From: an uncultured Pseudomonadales bacterium
Lineage (GTDB): Bacteria > Patescibacteriota > Microgenomatia > UBA1400 > MFAQ01
Assembly: GCA_964564895.1 (NCBI GenBank)
Contig: CAZMCB010000002.1
Span: forward strand, 2,721-66,720
Length of the DNA stretch: 64,000 nucleotides
Direction: 5' to 3'
Shown here: positions 1 through 9,146 of the stretch, piece after piece
How positions within the stretch are numbered: position 1 is the stretch's first letter
Layout of the letters: every line of letters begins with the position of its first letter
Notes under the pieces: generated by a model
Databases searched by the model: none
The model's input: the letters and a program-made list of their open reading frames with translations, nothing else
Told to the model about the DNA's origin: nothing
Made by a program: the position numbers and the translations under genes

Positions 1-3
1 GGT

Positions 4-339
4 TTAATTGACAAAGACAACAGATTCAACTTTGGTGATTCTTTGCTCGTGATCTTCGATTTTAGGACGATAGGTAGAAGTTACTTTGTTTTCGATATGT
101 AACTTATGGATTTCTCCAACAAGATTATCTTGAATAGTGAGCATTGTGTTTTTGAGGTCAGAAATGTCATCTTTTATTCCAGAAATGTTACCTTTTATTC
201 CAGAGATATCTTCTTTAATCTCATTTAATTGGTTTTGAACATCAAGAAAGCCTTCTGCGGTGCGAGAGTCAAGCTTTTCGAGTTCCGCTTTAGTAGAAAA
301 AGTCTTTTTTAGCTTTTTGACATCTGCGTCCGTGATCAT
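4..339 (-). CDS. Coiled-coil hypothetical protein
   Basis: 111-aa ORF with heptad repeats (ISGIKGN/ISGIKDD/ISDLKNT); TATACT 6 nt upstream of ATG. Confidence 0.75.
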   Translation of the reverse strand: MITDADVKKLKKTFSTKAELEKLDSRTAEGFLDVQNQLNEIKEDISGIKGNISGIKDDISDLKNTMLTIQDNLVGEIHKLHIENKVTSTYRPKIEDHEQRITKVESVVFVN

Positions 340-376
340 AGTTTCAGTATAACAAATATCTTGCTATGATTTAGTA

Positions 377-1459
377 ATGCAACTAATTGTTTTTATACTC
401 ATGCTCTCGGTTTTGATTCTTATCCACGAACTGGGGCATTTCTTGATGGCACGATTATTCAAGATGAGAGTGGAGGAGTTTGGAATTGGCTTACCTCCAA
501 GAGCTAAGGGCTTGTTTAAACGAGGTGGAACATTATTTAGCTTAAATTGGTTACCCTTGGGAGGATTTGTGAAACTTTACGGTGAGGATATGGAAAACCC
601 CGAGCAAGCGGCATCTCCTGAAGCTTTCTTTAATAAACCGATGTGGCAGAGAGCGGCAGTGTTATTAGCTGGAGTAACGATGAATTTTATATTAGGTGTT
701 GTCCTGTTTGGCGTGGTGTACTCATATCTAGGAATTCCGACAAAGACAGATAAGGTGATGATTGTAGAGATAGGTCAAGACTCACCAGCTGCATTAGCTG
801 GAGTAACTGCTGACAGTCAGGTATTGAAAATGATTGAAGGACAAAATGAAATTACTTTTTCGGGGATTGAGGATTTTGTAATGAAGGTTGACGGTCTCAA
901 GGGAAAAGAAATAGAGATGGTTTTGTTGGAAAAAAGCGGAAGGGAGAAGTCTGTGAAGCTAACTCCTCGTGTAAACCCTCCAGAAGGGCAGGGAGCACTC
1001 GGTGTGGCACTATCAAGCATGGAAATGAAGAAGTACCCGATTTGGCAGATGCCTTTTAGAGGAGCTGTTGTTGGTTTGGAAGAAGCATGGGGATGGGGAA
1101 AAGAAATCGCAAGCAATTTGGGAATGATATTTGTAAATCTAGTAACCGGAAAGGGTTTGCCAAAGGATGTATCCGGTCCTGTTGGAATTTATGAAGTAAG
1201 TAAGGAAGTATATAAAGTTGGCTGGGTGGCTGTGTTGCAGTTTATGGGAATACTTTCTATTAACTTAGCAATTCTTAATGTAATGCCATTTCCGGCGTTG
1301 GACGGCGGAAGAATTGCATTTCTTGGGGTTGAGAAAATAATAGGAAAAGGCAAGAAAAATAAAATTGAAGGATATGTAAATACTTTTGGAATGATTTTCT
1401 TGTTGGGACTGATGCTACTTATTACAGTCAAGGATGTTATTAAGTTGTTTGTAAAATGA
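377..1459 (+). CDS. rseP: RIP metalloprotease (M50, site-2 protease)
   Basis: HELGH, NVMPFPALDGG, PDZ-like insert, TM segments. Confidence 0.93.
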   Translation: MQLIVFILMLSVLILIHELGHFLMARLFKMRVEEFGIGLPPRAKGLFKRGGTLFSLNWLPLGGFVKLYGEDMENPEQAASPEAFFNKPMWQRAAVLLAGVTMNFILGVVLFGVVYSYLGIPTKTDKVMIVEIGQDSPAALAGVTADSQVLKMIEGQNEITFSGIEDFVMKVDGLKGKEIEMVLLEKSGREKSVKLTPRVNPPEGQGALGVALSSMEMKKYPIWQMPFRGAVVGLEEAWGWGKEIASNLGMIFVNLVTGKGLPKDVSGPVGIYEVSKEVYKVGWVAVLQFMGILSINLAILNVMPFPALDGGRIAFLGVEKIIGKGKKNKIEGYVNTFGMIFLLGLMLLITVKDVIKLFVK

Positions 1460-2160
1460 ACGAGCCGGAAATAGGACAGGATATAAGTTTAGAGAAAAAT
1501 CAGGATAAAAATACTGTAACGATTACTGATGTAAATGAAAACATGCACCAAATAGGTGGAACTTATCCTAAACATAAAATTGAGGCGCAGTCAGAAATGG
1601 GAAGAGAAATGAAAATAGTTTTGAAAGATGTAAATGAAACAATTGACGAAAGATATTTTTTCCCAGGGGAAACTAAGAACATGAGTTCGGCAGAAAGATA
1701 CTATTATAAATGGAATCTATTAAGACAGAAAGGAATTCCCACAGTCGGATCGATGAGAATAGTTGATAGTGGTACTGTAGCAATGGGAGATATGACGGCT
1801 GATGGTAGTCAGTTTTTTGGTAAAGAAATTGTAAGTCGTTCTTTTGAATCAGAATATCAAAAAAAGAGACCACTATCCAAGACAGAGGAAAAATACTTGG
1901 AAATTAACCCAAGAGAAATAAAAGATAAACTTGATAATCTATTTATGGATGCTTGGAGGAAAGGAGTGATTTTGCCAGAAGATGATTATTATGATTTGCT
2001 GGTTCATCCGGATGGAACTTGGCAAGTGATGATACTTGATTTATCAAACTTGAGGCCAAAGAGAGATACTGATTTACTTGAGAACTATGAGGAAATGAGA
2101 AGAGATATGTCGACAGATGTAGACTATATTAGAAAGCATTTATTAAGAATTAAAGCTTAA
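1456..2160 (+). CDS. Hypothetical protein, possible kinase-like fold
   Basis: 234-aa ORF coupled to both neighbours; DLLVHPDG...ILDL weakly resembles kinase catalytic/Mg loops. Confidence 0.6.
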   Translation: MNEPEIGQDISLEKNQDKNTVTITDVNENMHQIGGTYPKHKIEAQSEMGREMKIVLKDVNETIDERYFFPGETKNMSSAERYYYKWNLLRQKGIPTVGSMRIVDSGTVAMGDMTADGSQFFGKEIVSRSFESEYQKKRPLSKTEEKYLEINPREIKDKLDNLFMDAWRKGVILPEDDYYDLLVHPDGTWQVMILDLSNLRPKRDTDLLENYEEMRRDMSTDVDYIRKHLLRIKA

Positions 2161-2507
2161 TGATCGACAAAGATTGTTTGTTTTGCCAGATAGGAGAACA
2201 CAAAGAGCCCGCGGAAATTGTGTGGGAAAGTGATGAGTTTATTGCTATTAAAAACAAGTATCCGACTGCCCCGATACATGTATTAGTTATGCCGAAGCAT
2301 CATATAAAAAAGGCTGAAGTTGGGACTAGCGAAAGTGGTATGTTCTGGGGTAAAATAATGCCAGTCGTTTTTGAAGTGGTTGCTCTGCTTAGCCTAGATA
2401 AAACTGGGTACAAACTAGTAAACAATGGAGCAGGTTACAACCACTTTGAGCATGAACATATTCATATTCTGGGAGGTTCTAAAACTGAACCAGGTGGATC
2501 AACATAA
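2160..2507 (+). CDS. HIT family nucleotide hydrolase
   Basis: DCLFC, APIHVLVMPK, HEHIHILGG histidine triad. Confidence 0.9.
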   Translation: MIDKDCLFCQIGEHKEPAEIVWESDEFIAIKNKYPTAPIHVLVMPKHHIKKAEVGTSESGMFWGKIMPVVFEVVALLSLDKTGYKLVNNGAGYNHFEHEHIHILGGSKTEPGGST

Positions 2508-2538
2508 CGATCAAAAAGAAAGGTAGGTGTATCTATTT

Positions 2539-2763
2539 ATGGCACTCGTTGCAAGAAAAAAACAAGGACAAACCACACAACAACTCATTAGTGAATTTAA
2601 AAAATTGACTTATGAAGATTCTGGACTCGAAAGGGTTAAATCTGTGGGAATGACTGGTTTCCAAAAACCTTCTACTGTACGTAACATCAAGATGATCGAA
2701 CTTCGTAAAGCTTCGGCTAGAATTCGTCGTCGTAACAAACGCGCAGCTGGAATTACCAAATAA
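2539..2763 (+). CDS. rpsU: 30S ribosomal protein bS21 (divergent)
   Basis: Small basic protein with LISEFKK and FQKPS; HIT-rpsU-yqeY synteny; start moved to ATG 2539 after AAGGTAGGTG. Confidence 0.7.
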   Translation: MALVARKKQGQTTQQLISEFKKLTYEDSGLERVKSVGMTGFQKPSTVRNIKMIELRKASARIRRRNKRAAGITK

Positions 2764-2772
2764 TTAACTATC

Positions 2773-3201
2773 ATGCTCTACTCACAGCTTAAGTCTGAGA
2801 CCGTGACTGCTTTAAAAGCGGGAGATTCTCGTTTAGTAAATGCTTTGAAGTTTATCGTTTCTGAACTGGGATATGCTATCGACATGCGCAATGGTGAGCC
2901 CGCAGATGATGAAGTAATTCGTGTGTTGACCAAGGAAGCTAAGAAACGCAAAGACGCAATTGAGATCTATGAAAAAGCAGGTGACACAGCTCGAACTGAT
3001 CAGGAGAAGTATGAGCTAAATTTGATTGAGAAATATTTACCATCTTTAATGCCTGAGGCTGAAGTTGAAGCCGAAGTGGCTAAGATTGCAGCAGAGACCG
3101 GATTAACTGGAGGAAAACTCATGGGTGCGGTAATGGGTAAACTTCGTGGAAAAGCTGATGGAGGAGTGATAAATAAGATTGTGATGGCTAAGTTTTCGTA
3201 A
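2773..3201 (+). CDS. yqeY: GatB/YqeY domain protein
   Basis: ALKAGD, KEAKKRKDAIEIYEKAG, YLP, GKLMGAVM..LRGKADG. Confidence 0.9.
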   Translation: MLYSQLKSETVTALKAGDSRLVNALKFIVSELGYAIDMRNGEPADDEVIRVLTKEAKKRKDAIEIYEKAGDTARTDQEKYELNLIEKYLPSLMPEAEVEAEVAKIAAETGLTGGKLMGAVMGKLRGKADGGVINKIVMAKFS

Positions 3202-3210
3202 TATTTTCCT

Positions 3211-3370
3211 TAATCCCTTTATACCTATTCCTTACAGAAAACGGTTGACGTTGAATTGCCTGCGCAATTCACGACCTGTCGCGCAGCGAGAAACCCTGAT
3301 GACTACATCAGGGACCGGGCTTTCTTACGCTTTGCGCGGTCTTTCTTCCAGGGACAGGTATGTGGGATTT
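3211..3370. ncRNA. Large fold-back intergenic element (structured RNA or MITE-like), copy A
   Basis: Outer stem AATCCC..ATACCT..TTCCT / AGGGA.AGGTAT..GGGATT; inner hairpins GAATTGC/GCAATTC and CCCTGATG/CATCAGGG. Confidence 0.5.
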
Positions 3371-3388
3371 AGAGTAAAATATTAAATA

Positions 3389-3778
3389 ATGATTAAGCTT
3401 GATTTAAACATTGCTGCTGATAGTAGATATCCGTTTGACAGGAAAAGAGTTAAAGAGGCTTTGATTAAGACATTAATAGAACAAGAAATCGTTGATGGGG
3501 TAGTGAAGATTTCTTTATCTGTTGTGGGAGAGCGAAAAATTAAAGAGTTGGAGAAGAAGTATTTTGGAGAAGATAAAGTAACTGACGTACTATCATTTCC
3601 TTTGGAGGAAGGTATAGAGATGCCTGAAGACTTTGATGGACTAAACTTGGGGGATATCGTTATTTGCTACCCTCAAGCCAAGAGACAAGCTATTCAATGG
3701 AACAGAATCATAGATGAGGAGATAGAGTTTTTGGCTTGTCATGGACTACTTCACTTGTTGGGAGTACATCACGACTGA
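3389..3778 (+). CDS. ybeY: rRNA maturation endoribonuclease YbeY
   Basis: TDVLSFP, LGDIVIC, HGLLHLLGVHH. Confidence 0.95.
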   Translation: MIKLDLNIAADSRYPFDRKRVKEALIKTLIEQEIVDGVVKISLSVVGERKIKELEKKYFGEDKVTDVLSFPLEEGIEMPEDFDGLNLGDIVICYPQAKRQAIQWNRIIDEEIEFLACHGLLHLLGVHHD

Positions 3779-3797
3779 ATTTAGGCGTGATTTGTTA

Positions 3798-3838
3798 TAT
3801 AATCCACAACGTACTTTAAGAATTTGTATTCATGGAGG
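3798..3838 (+). promoter_or_regulatory. Module 1 leader: -10, boxA-like motif, SD
   Basis: TATAAT 3798-3803; GTACTTTAAGAA 3811-3822; GGAGG 3834-3838. Confidence 0.6.
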
Positions 3839-3843
3839 TAGAG

Positions 3844-4221
3844 ATGGTAGATAAATTGAAAAAAGAGAATTGGCATGACATGGGGTATCTAAATGGTTTG
3901 GGAGTAATGCTTATCGATCGACTCAAGGACAAATCCTTTGATATCGTTTCTTTTCACTCAAAATTTAATCAAGGTCCGTATGTATTGGAAAACTGTCAGT
4001 TGAAGTCGAGCATAATTGAGGTTAAGGATACACTGGTGAAGATTCGCCTGAAACCATTTCGGAGCATTTCATTTGACTTACATGAAGATCCAAAAGTGAC
4101 AATTGAGTCTGATCGACAGATAAAGATAGTGCGAAAACTAAACTCGGAAGACACTGTCACTAGAATTATTCTGATAAATAATATTCCTAAGGAGGATGAA
4201 AGTGCTCAAGAAATCCAGTAA
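3844..4221 (+). CDS. Orphan protein (paralog 1 of trio)
   Basis: ORF with SD GGAGG 5 nt before ATG 3844. Confidence 0.7.
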   Translation: MVDKLKKENWHDMGYLNGLGVMLIDRLKDKSFDIVSFHSKFNQGPYVLENCQLKSSIIEVKDTLVKIRLKPFRSISFDLHEDPKVTIESDRQIKIVRKLNSEDTVTRIILINNIPKEDESAQEIQ

Positions 4222-4573
4222 GTTTGTTTTATGTTACGACGATGTGACTTTATTGCTTGATTTTTTATATAGAGCCCTTAAAGACAGACAGTTTGATTTT
4301 ACGTATAAATTGTCGGATATGAGTGGTGAACCGGTTGTTTTACTAAATCAGCAGTTGTCTTCTGAGTTGGAAGATCCTATTCGGGCTGAGATCAGAGGAA
4401 AACGAAGAAATAGATCGGAAGTTTTGGTAATAATAACCGAGTCCGACGAACTCCTGATTTCAATATCAGGATGGAGAAAGCCGCTTTTTGTTGATCTTGG
4501 GGAAAAGGATCACGGAAAGATATCTATAACAAACGCAGATGAGGATGTGTACATCTTCCAAATTCATTGCTAG
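4196..4573 (+). CDS. Orphan protein (paralog 2 of trio)
   Basis: AAGGAGG immediately upstream; shares LKD.xFD...P.VL.N.QL.S with the previous ORF. Confidence 0.7.
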   Translation: MKVLKKSSKFVLCYDDVTLLLDFLYRALKDRQFDFTYKLSDMSGEPVVLLNQQLSSELEDPIRAEIRGKRRNRSEVLVIITESDELLISISGWRKPLFVDLGEKDHGKISITNADEDVYIFQIHC

Positions 4574-4587
4574 CGGGAAGGATAATA

Positions 4588-4968
4588 ATGAAAACAAAAG
4601 AACCGATTTGTTTTACTTTTCTTCTGTCGGAATGGACTCAGTCAACGGAAAAGCTCAGTGAAGCCATTGATGGACATTCAGGTTTTGATTTTGTATATCA
4701 GATGCACGATGAAACTGAAGAAACCGTAATTGAAGATTGTGAACCAAGAGGAATATTTAACACTCATATTCAAATGGAATTGGAAGAAAGAGAAGGCAAG
4801 CAATATCTTGTATTTTCTTGTACGATTCCGAAGAATATTCTTGGAAAAGAGGTAGGGATATTAATTACACCTCCGACAGAATTTGGATTGCAAATTGAAA
4901 ATGACGAAGACAACGGAATTGTTCATATAACCAATTCTGTTGGCGACCAGTACTGGTTTTACTTTTAA
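4588..4968 (+). CDS. Orphan protein (paralog 3 of trio)
   Basis: GGGAAGG before ATG 4588; FDFVY and G.V.ITN..D.Y.F shared with ORF 2. Confidence 0.7.
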   Translation: MKTKEPICFTFLLSEWTQSTEKLSEAIDGHSGFDFVYQMHDETEETVIEDCEPRGIFNTHIQMELEEREGKQYLVFSCTIPKNILGKEVGILITPPTEFGLQIENDEDNGIVHITNSVGDQYWFYF

Positions 4969-4977
4969 TAAAATACC

Positions 4978-5005
4978 GCCCTTGATGAAAATCAGGGGCT
5001 TTTTT
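4978..5005 (+). terminator. Intrinsic terminator, module 1
   Basis: GCCCTTGAT-gaaa-ATCAGGGGC + T6. Confidence 0.85.
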
Positions 5006-5188
5006 GTGGAAAAATGATGGTTTAAGGCGATGGGGGAAACAAATTTAAAAAATTGAGTAAGTTTTGACGATAGTGAAGGGGGCAGGGAAATATGAAAATT
5101 GATACAGTTGCTCAAAAAACTGATTGTATCTGATATAGATTTTAGTAGTTGACACGAGTGAGGGGGACAACATAAGGTAATAGCTACC

Positions 5189-6730
5189 GTGAGCTTTTAT
5201 CAAAAATATCGACCAAAGAAAATATCTGAGCTAGACCTAGTGTCTGTGCGTGAGTCTTTGGAATCGACTTTGAAGAGTGGTAAAGTATCTCACGCTTATC
5301 TTTTTGTTGGTCCTAGGGGATCAGGAAAGACAAGCGCAGCCAGAATTTTGGCTCAAGTAATTAACTGCGAACAAAATCAAGGGAAAAAAGATAATTTGGA
5401 TGAACCGTGCGGAAAGTGTGATGCTTGTGTTAGTTTGAGTTCTGGAAGTAGTGTGGACGTAATCGAGATAGATGCTGCCTCAAGCGGTTTGGTTGATGAT
5501 ATCCGTGATCTGCGTGAGAAGGTACGTTTGGCTCCTGTAACACTTCCTAAAAAGGTTTATATCATCGATGAGGTGCACATGGTGTCAACAGCTGGATTTA
5601 ATGCACTTTTGAAGACTTTGGAAGAGCCACCAGCACACGCAATTTTTATTCTTTGTACAACAGAGTCTCAGAAAGTTCCTGAAACAATCATGAGTAGATG
5701 TGCCAGAGTGAATTTTACAAAAGCCAACAACAAAGAAATTGTAGGGTCCCTTATGAAAGCTGTTAAGGGAGAAGCTCTTGATATCGATGAAGAAGCTTTG
5801 CGAGAAATTGCTGAAGCAACAGACGGGAGTTTTCGTGAGGGTCATAAACTTCTGGAACAAGTAGCGTCATATGGCAAGACAATTGACACGGTTCTTGTTT
5901 TGCAGGTGTTAGGAATTGTTGGGAGACAATCTATAAAGAAGTTGCTGGAGGCTGCCAAAAAACGTGATTCTGGAAAAATTGTAAAAATCTTTGGGGAAAT
6001 GGAAAAGGCTGGAATAAAAGCGCAGGTATTGGCTACATCGCTTTTATCTGAGGTAAAAATTATGCTGGAAGAAAATCTGGAAAAAGGTGCTTCTATAAAC
6101 GATGAAATGAAACTTGTGGATGAGCTAATTGAGGCGACAGATAAAATAAAAGTGTCTCCCTTGCCTTTGCTTCCATTGGAAATTGCCCTTTTGACATTGG
6201 CAATCGATGACAGCGGGGGAGGCGTAACCTACCCAAAAGTTGAGACGCCTGCCCGGCCAGAAGAAAAGTCTGATGAAATAAAAACAGTAATGGCAGAAAG
6301 TGCGATACAGTCCGAAGAAACTGAGAATAAAGGTAATATAGTTGTCCAAAATTATGACGGGCCTTTGGTGGGAATTGAGAAGATAAAAACGGAGTGGATG
6401 GACTTTTTGAATGTGATGTCTGGCAGCTGCGGTTCTTTGGCAGGAATGCTTCGACTCGTTTCTCCAGTTGATGTAAAAGGAAAATCGATAACACTTTCTG
6501 TGACTTCAAGATTCCAGCAAGATATGCTCGAGCGAGAAGTAAAAAAGAAACTAATTGAAGAACAAATGACGAAGATCTGGGGACCGATGACTTTTAAGTG
6601 TGTCTTAGGTGAGAAGGGACCAGAGAGAACTATGGCAGAGCCAGAGGATATGAATGTGGAGCCTGTTGATAATGCAGAGATTGAGGACAAAGGAATAATT
6701 GGAGCGGCGGAGAAGATTTTTGGTGGGTAA
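5189..6730 (+). CDS. dnaX: DNA polymerase III subunit gamma/tau
   Basis: KYRP, GPRGSGKTS, Zn cysteines, DEVHM, NALLKTLEEPP, SRC. Confidence 0.97.
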   Translation: MSFYQKYRPKKISELDLVSVRESLESTLKSGKVSHAYLFVGPRGSGKTSAARILAQVINCEQNQGKKDNLDEPCGKCDACVSLSSGSSVDVIEIDAASSGLVDDIRDLREKVRLAPVTLPKKVYIIDEVHMVSTAGFNALLKTLEEPPAHAIFILCTTESQKVPETIMSRCARVNFTKANNKEIVGSLMKAVKGEALDIDEEALREIAEATDGSFREGHKLLEQVASYGKTIDTVLVLQVLGIVGRQSIKKLLEAAKKRDSGKIVKIFGEMEKAGIKAQVLATSLLSEVKIMLEENLEKGASINDEMKLVDELIEATDKIKVSPLPLLPLEIALLTLAIDDSGGGVTYPKVETPARPEEKSDEIKTVMAESAIQSEETENKGNIVVQNYDGPLVGIEKIKTEWMDFLNVMSGSCGSLAGMLRLVSPVDVKGKSITLSVTSRFQQDMLEREVKKKLIEEQMTKIWGPMTFKCVLGEKGPERTMAEPEDMNVEPVDNAEIEDKGIIGAAEKIFGG

Positions 6731-6940
6731 TTCTTCGATATTGTTTTTCCTCAATGAGACCTGTCGTCTTATACCGTTTTCAAAAACCGGATGTTCTCTG
6801 GCCAGCGCCAGAGCCATCCTTCGACTGGGCAGACGCAAAAATTTTCTCTGCGAGAAAATACCGGATTTTGCGTATGTGCGTATATTTTTGAAAAGGAATA
6901 AGACTTCGGTCTTTTATTTCGGAATACATTTTTCAGAATA
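6730..6940. ncRNA. Large fold-back intergenic element, copy B
   Basis: GACC..GTCTTAT..TTTTCAAAAA / TTTTTGAAAA..ATAAGAC..GGTC stem enclosing two hairpins. Confidence 0.5.
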
Positions 6941-6993
6941 TATTGTTTAGGGCTTGTTGTTATAATGGGGTAGTTAAAAGTTAATTCAAAAAA

Positions 6994-7293
6994 ATGTTTA
7001 ATGGAATAAAACAATTCGGTTCTCAGGGTGCTGCCATTGCTAAGCTTGCAATGCTTCAGAAAAAGATCCAAGCTCACAAAACTGAAGTCGAAGAAGGGGA
7101 CGTAAAAGCTGTAGTTACTGGTGACGGAAAATTGAAAGAACTTTATATTGATGGTGAGAACATGAGTAAGGCTGCTAAAGTCATTAATGAAGCTATTACA
7201 AAGGCTCAGAAGTACTCAGCAGAAGAGATGAAAGATTCCATGGGTGACCTTTCTAAAGTACTTGCAAACATGCCGAAAGGAATGGGAATTTAG
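6994..7293 (+). CDS. ybaB: YbaB/EbfC nucleoid-associated protein
   Basis: GDVKAVVTGDG, INEAITKAQ; dnaX-ybaB-recR synteny. Confidence 0.9.
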   Translation: MFNGIKQFGSQGAAIAKLAMLQKKIQAHKTEVEEGDVKAVVTGDGKLKELYIDGENMSKAAKVINEAITKAQKYSAEEMKDSMGDLSKVLANMPKGMGI

Positions 7294-7298
7294 GACAT

Positions 7299-7907
7299 AT
7301 GCGCAGTATTAGGCCGGTTCAGAAAGTAATTGATGCATTTGAGTCTTTACCTGGTGTAGGGCCAAAGTCTGCGGCACGTCTGGCTTATTATCTTTTAAAT
7401 GTTCCTCAGGAAAAGCTAACGAAGTTTGGAGAGGCCCTAGAAAATTTGAAGAAAGATACCAAACTTTGTGCACTTTGTTTCAATGTGGGTGAAGAAGAGT
7501 TTTGTCCTGTTTGCCAAGATGATAATCGCGATAGATCTCAGGTTTGTGTAGTAGAAAACGCACTGGATCTTTTGGCCTTTGAGAGAGCAGATGGATATAA
7601 AGGGGTGTATCACGTACTTGGTGGTGTAATTAATCCTTTGGCCAATATTGGTCCTGATGATTTGCGAATTCCTCAGCTAATGGGAAGGGTAAAAACAAAA
7701 GAAATTAAAGAGCTTATCATCGCTACAAATCCAAATATGGAAGGGGAAGCAACGGCGATGTATATCACCCAAAAAATCAAGGATATGGGACTGGATGAAG
7801 ATATAAAAATTACGAGAATTGGGAGAGGTTTGCCAACGGGAGCCGATGTGGAGTATGCTGACGGTCAGACACTTTTGAGGGCACTTGAGGGTAGAAGTGA
7901 GATGTAG
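7299..7907 (+). CDS. recR: Recombination protein RecR
   Basis: LPGVGPKSAARLAY, C4 zinc finger, YHVLGG, EGEATA Toprim. Confidence 0.97.
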   Translation: MRSIRPVQKVIDAFESLPGVGPKSAARLAYYLLNVPQEKLTKFGEALENLKKDTKLCALCFNVGEEEFCPVCQDDNRDRSQVCVVENALDLLAFERADGYKGVYHVLGGVINPLANIGPDDLRIPQLMGRVKTKEIKELIIATNPNMEGEATAMYITQKIKDMGLDEDIKITRIGRGLPTGADVEYADGQTLLRALEGRSEM

Positions 7908-7973
7908 AATAAGCTAGCGGAATTTTTGTGGCTTGTGCTTGCATTCTTGGCTATATTTCCTGTAGGCTTATTT

Positions 7974-8609
7974 ATGAATCTAACCATAGAAAACAGTTTG
8001 GGAATGGACTCGTTATCTGTGAATTCTCAAGAAAAGATGAGCATGTCAGAAATTGGGGAACGCTTGAGAAAGGCGGTTCCAGGCATTGCTGTCATAGACA
8101 ATGATTTTTCTTTGAAAACTAAGGAGTATGAGCTGGGAATGGGTGGAAAACAGCCAGGAAGATTGCCTGAGGAATCAATGAATCTACTAAAAGACTTGAA
8201 AAGTTTAGGTTGGGAAGTGCTGGTAGTGTCTAATCAACCGAAAGAAGGCCATCAGATAGCGAGATTGGTGAAAGGTGTCTCTAAAGATAAGTATCCAATT
8301 TTTCCTGATAGTGTGAAGGAAGTCTTGGGAAATGAAGGCGTTGATGGAGGCGGAAAAGATTTTTTGTGGAAGAAATATAAAAATACTCAGGAGGCGATAA
8401 CAAAAACTGCCGAGTGGATATCGGGGAAAACCCAGAAGGTTTTGGGTCAAATATATTTTGTGGGAGACCGCGAAAGTGATGTGGAGTTTGCAAAAAAAGT
8501 GGAAGGTGATCTTAAAAATAGAGGAGAAAATAGAGTGGTAAATATTTGGAAAGTAAAAGGATTAGAACTGCCAAAAATACTGAAACCTTTAGAGAAATTT
8601 ATTCCTTAG
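7974..8609 (+). CDS. HAD-like hydrolase (IIIA/YqeG-like)
   Basis: VIDNDFSL motif I, VVSNQ motif II, FVGDRESD motif IV; start uncertain. Confidence 0.65.
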   Translation: MNLTIENSLGMDSLSVNSQEKMSMSEIGERLRKAVPGIAVIDNDFSLKTKEYELGMGGKQPGRLPEESMNLLKDLKSLGWEVLVVSNQPKEGHQIARLVKGVSKDKYPIFPDSVKEVLGNEGVDGGGKDFLWKKYKNTQEAITKTAEWISGKTQKVLGQIYFVGDRESDVEFAKKVEGDLKNRGENRVVNIWKVKGLELPKILKPLEKFIP

Positions 8610-8629
8610 ATAGACTTGGTTGTGGTTAA

Positions 8630-9067
8630 ATGAAGGTAATGCCCAATGTATTAGGTCAAATGGCTCAGGACGTAGCCGAAAATTTGTATGAGGTTGGTAA
8701 AAGTGCTGTAAAAGGAACGGTAAATGCTGTGGCAGATGTAGCTTCTGAGTCGATTGAACAAATTACTACAGCTTCTGCATCAGTTACTACACCGGTACCT
8801 GAGAAACCGAGTACACCAACGGAATCTGGAAATATAGAAACTAGAAAAAGAGCTGAGCTAGAAAGATTTAATGAAGTAAAGGCTGAACTGGCCCAGTACA
8901 TTGAAAGAAAACAACAGTTAGATCAAAAAATTGCTCAAGAAAAAATGGAGGAAGACCAAGGAAAAAATCAGAAGAAAGCCATGGAAAAAGGAAAACGAGA
9001 TAATTGGGTAAGTAGAATCATAAATCGTTCACAAACAAATACTGAGAAAGGGAGATTGCAGGAGTAA
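8630..9067 (+). CDS. Hypothetical coiled-coil protein
   Basis: 145-aa ORF with a charged helical C-terminal half. Confidence 0.65.
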   Translation: MKVMPNVLGQMAQDVAENLYEVGKSAVKGTVNAVADVASESIEQITTASASVTTPVPEKPSTPTESGNIETRKRAELERFNEVKAELAQYIERKQQLDQKIAQEKMEEDQGKNQKKAMEKGKRDNWVSRIINRSQTNTEKGRLQE

Positions 9068-9086
9068 ACTATTTAGCCTATAGGGG

Positions 9087-9140
9087 TTGTATTTTTTATT
9101 GATATGGGTTAAACTATGCCATCTTAGAACTTTAAGGAGG
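9087..9140 (+). promoter_or_regulatory. Module 2 leader
   Basis: TTGTAT-17-TAAACT (9087/9110); GAACTTTAAG 9127; AAGGAGG 9134-9140. Confidence 0.6.
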
Positions 9141-9146
9141 CGTTAC

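Noticed and set aside
6541-6547. In-phase A_AAA_AAG in dnaX (E. coli-type -1 frameshift; the -1 frame stops 3 codons later)
   Set aside because: No upstream SD or downstream hairpin, and Lys-Lys A-runs are common in this AT-rich DNA.
3211-6940. SRP RNA, tmRNA or RNase P identity for the fold-back elements
   Set aside because: No SRP domain IV GGAA-loop motif, no tRNA-like ends, too short for RNase P.
6605-7077. ORFs 6605-6838, 6699-6950 and 6769-7077
   Set aside because: They overlap dnaX/ybaB and the palindromic element; no start signals or protein motifs.
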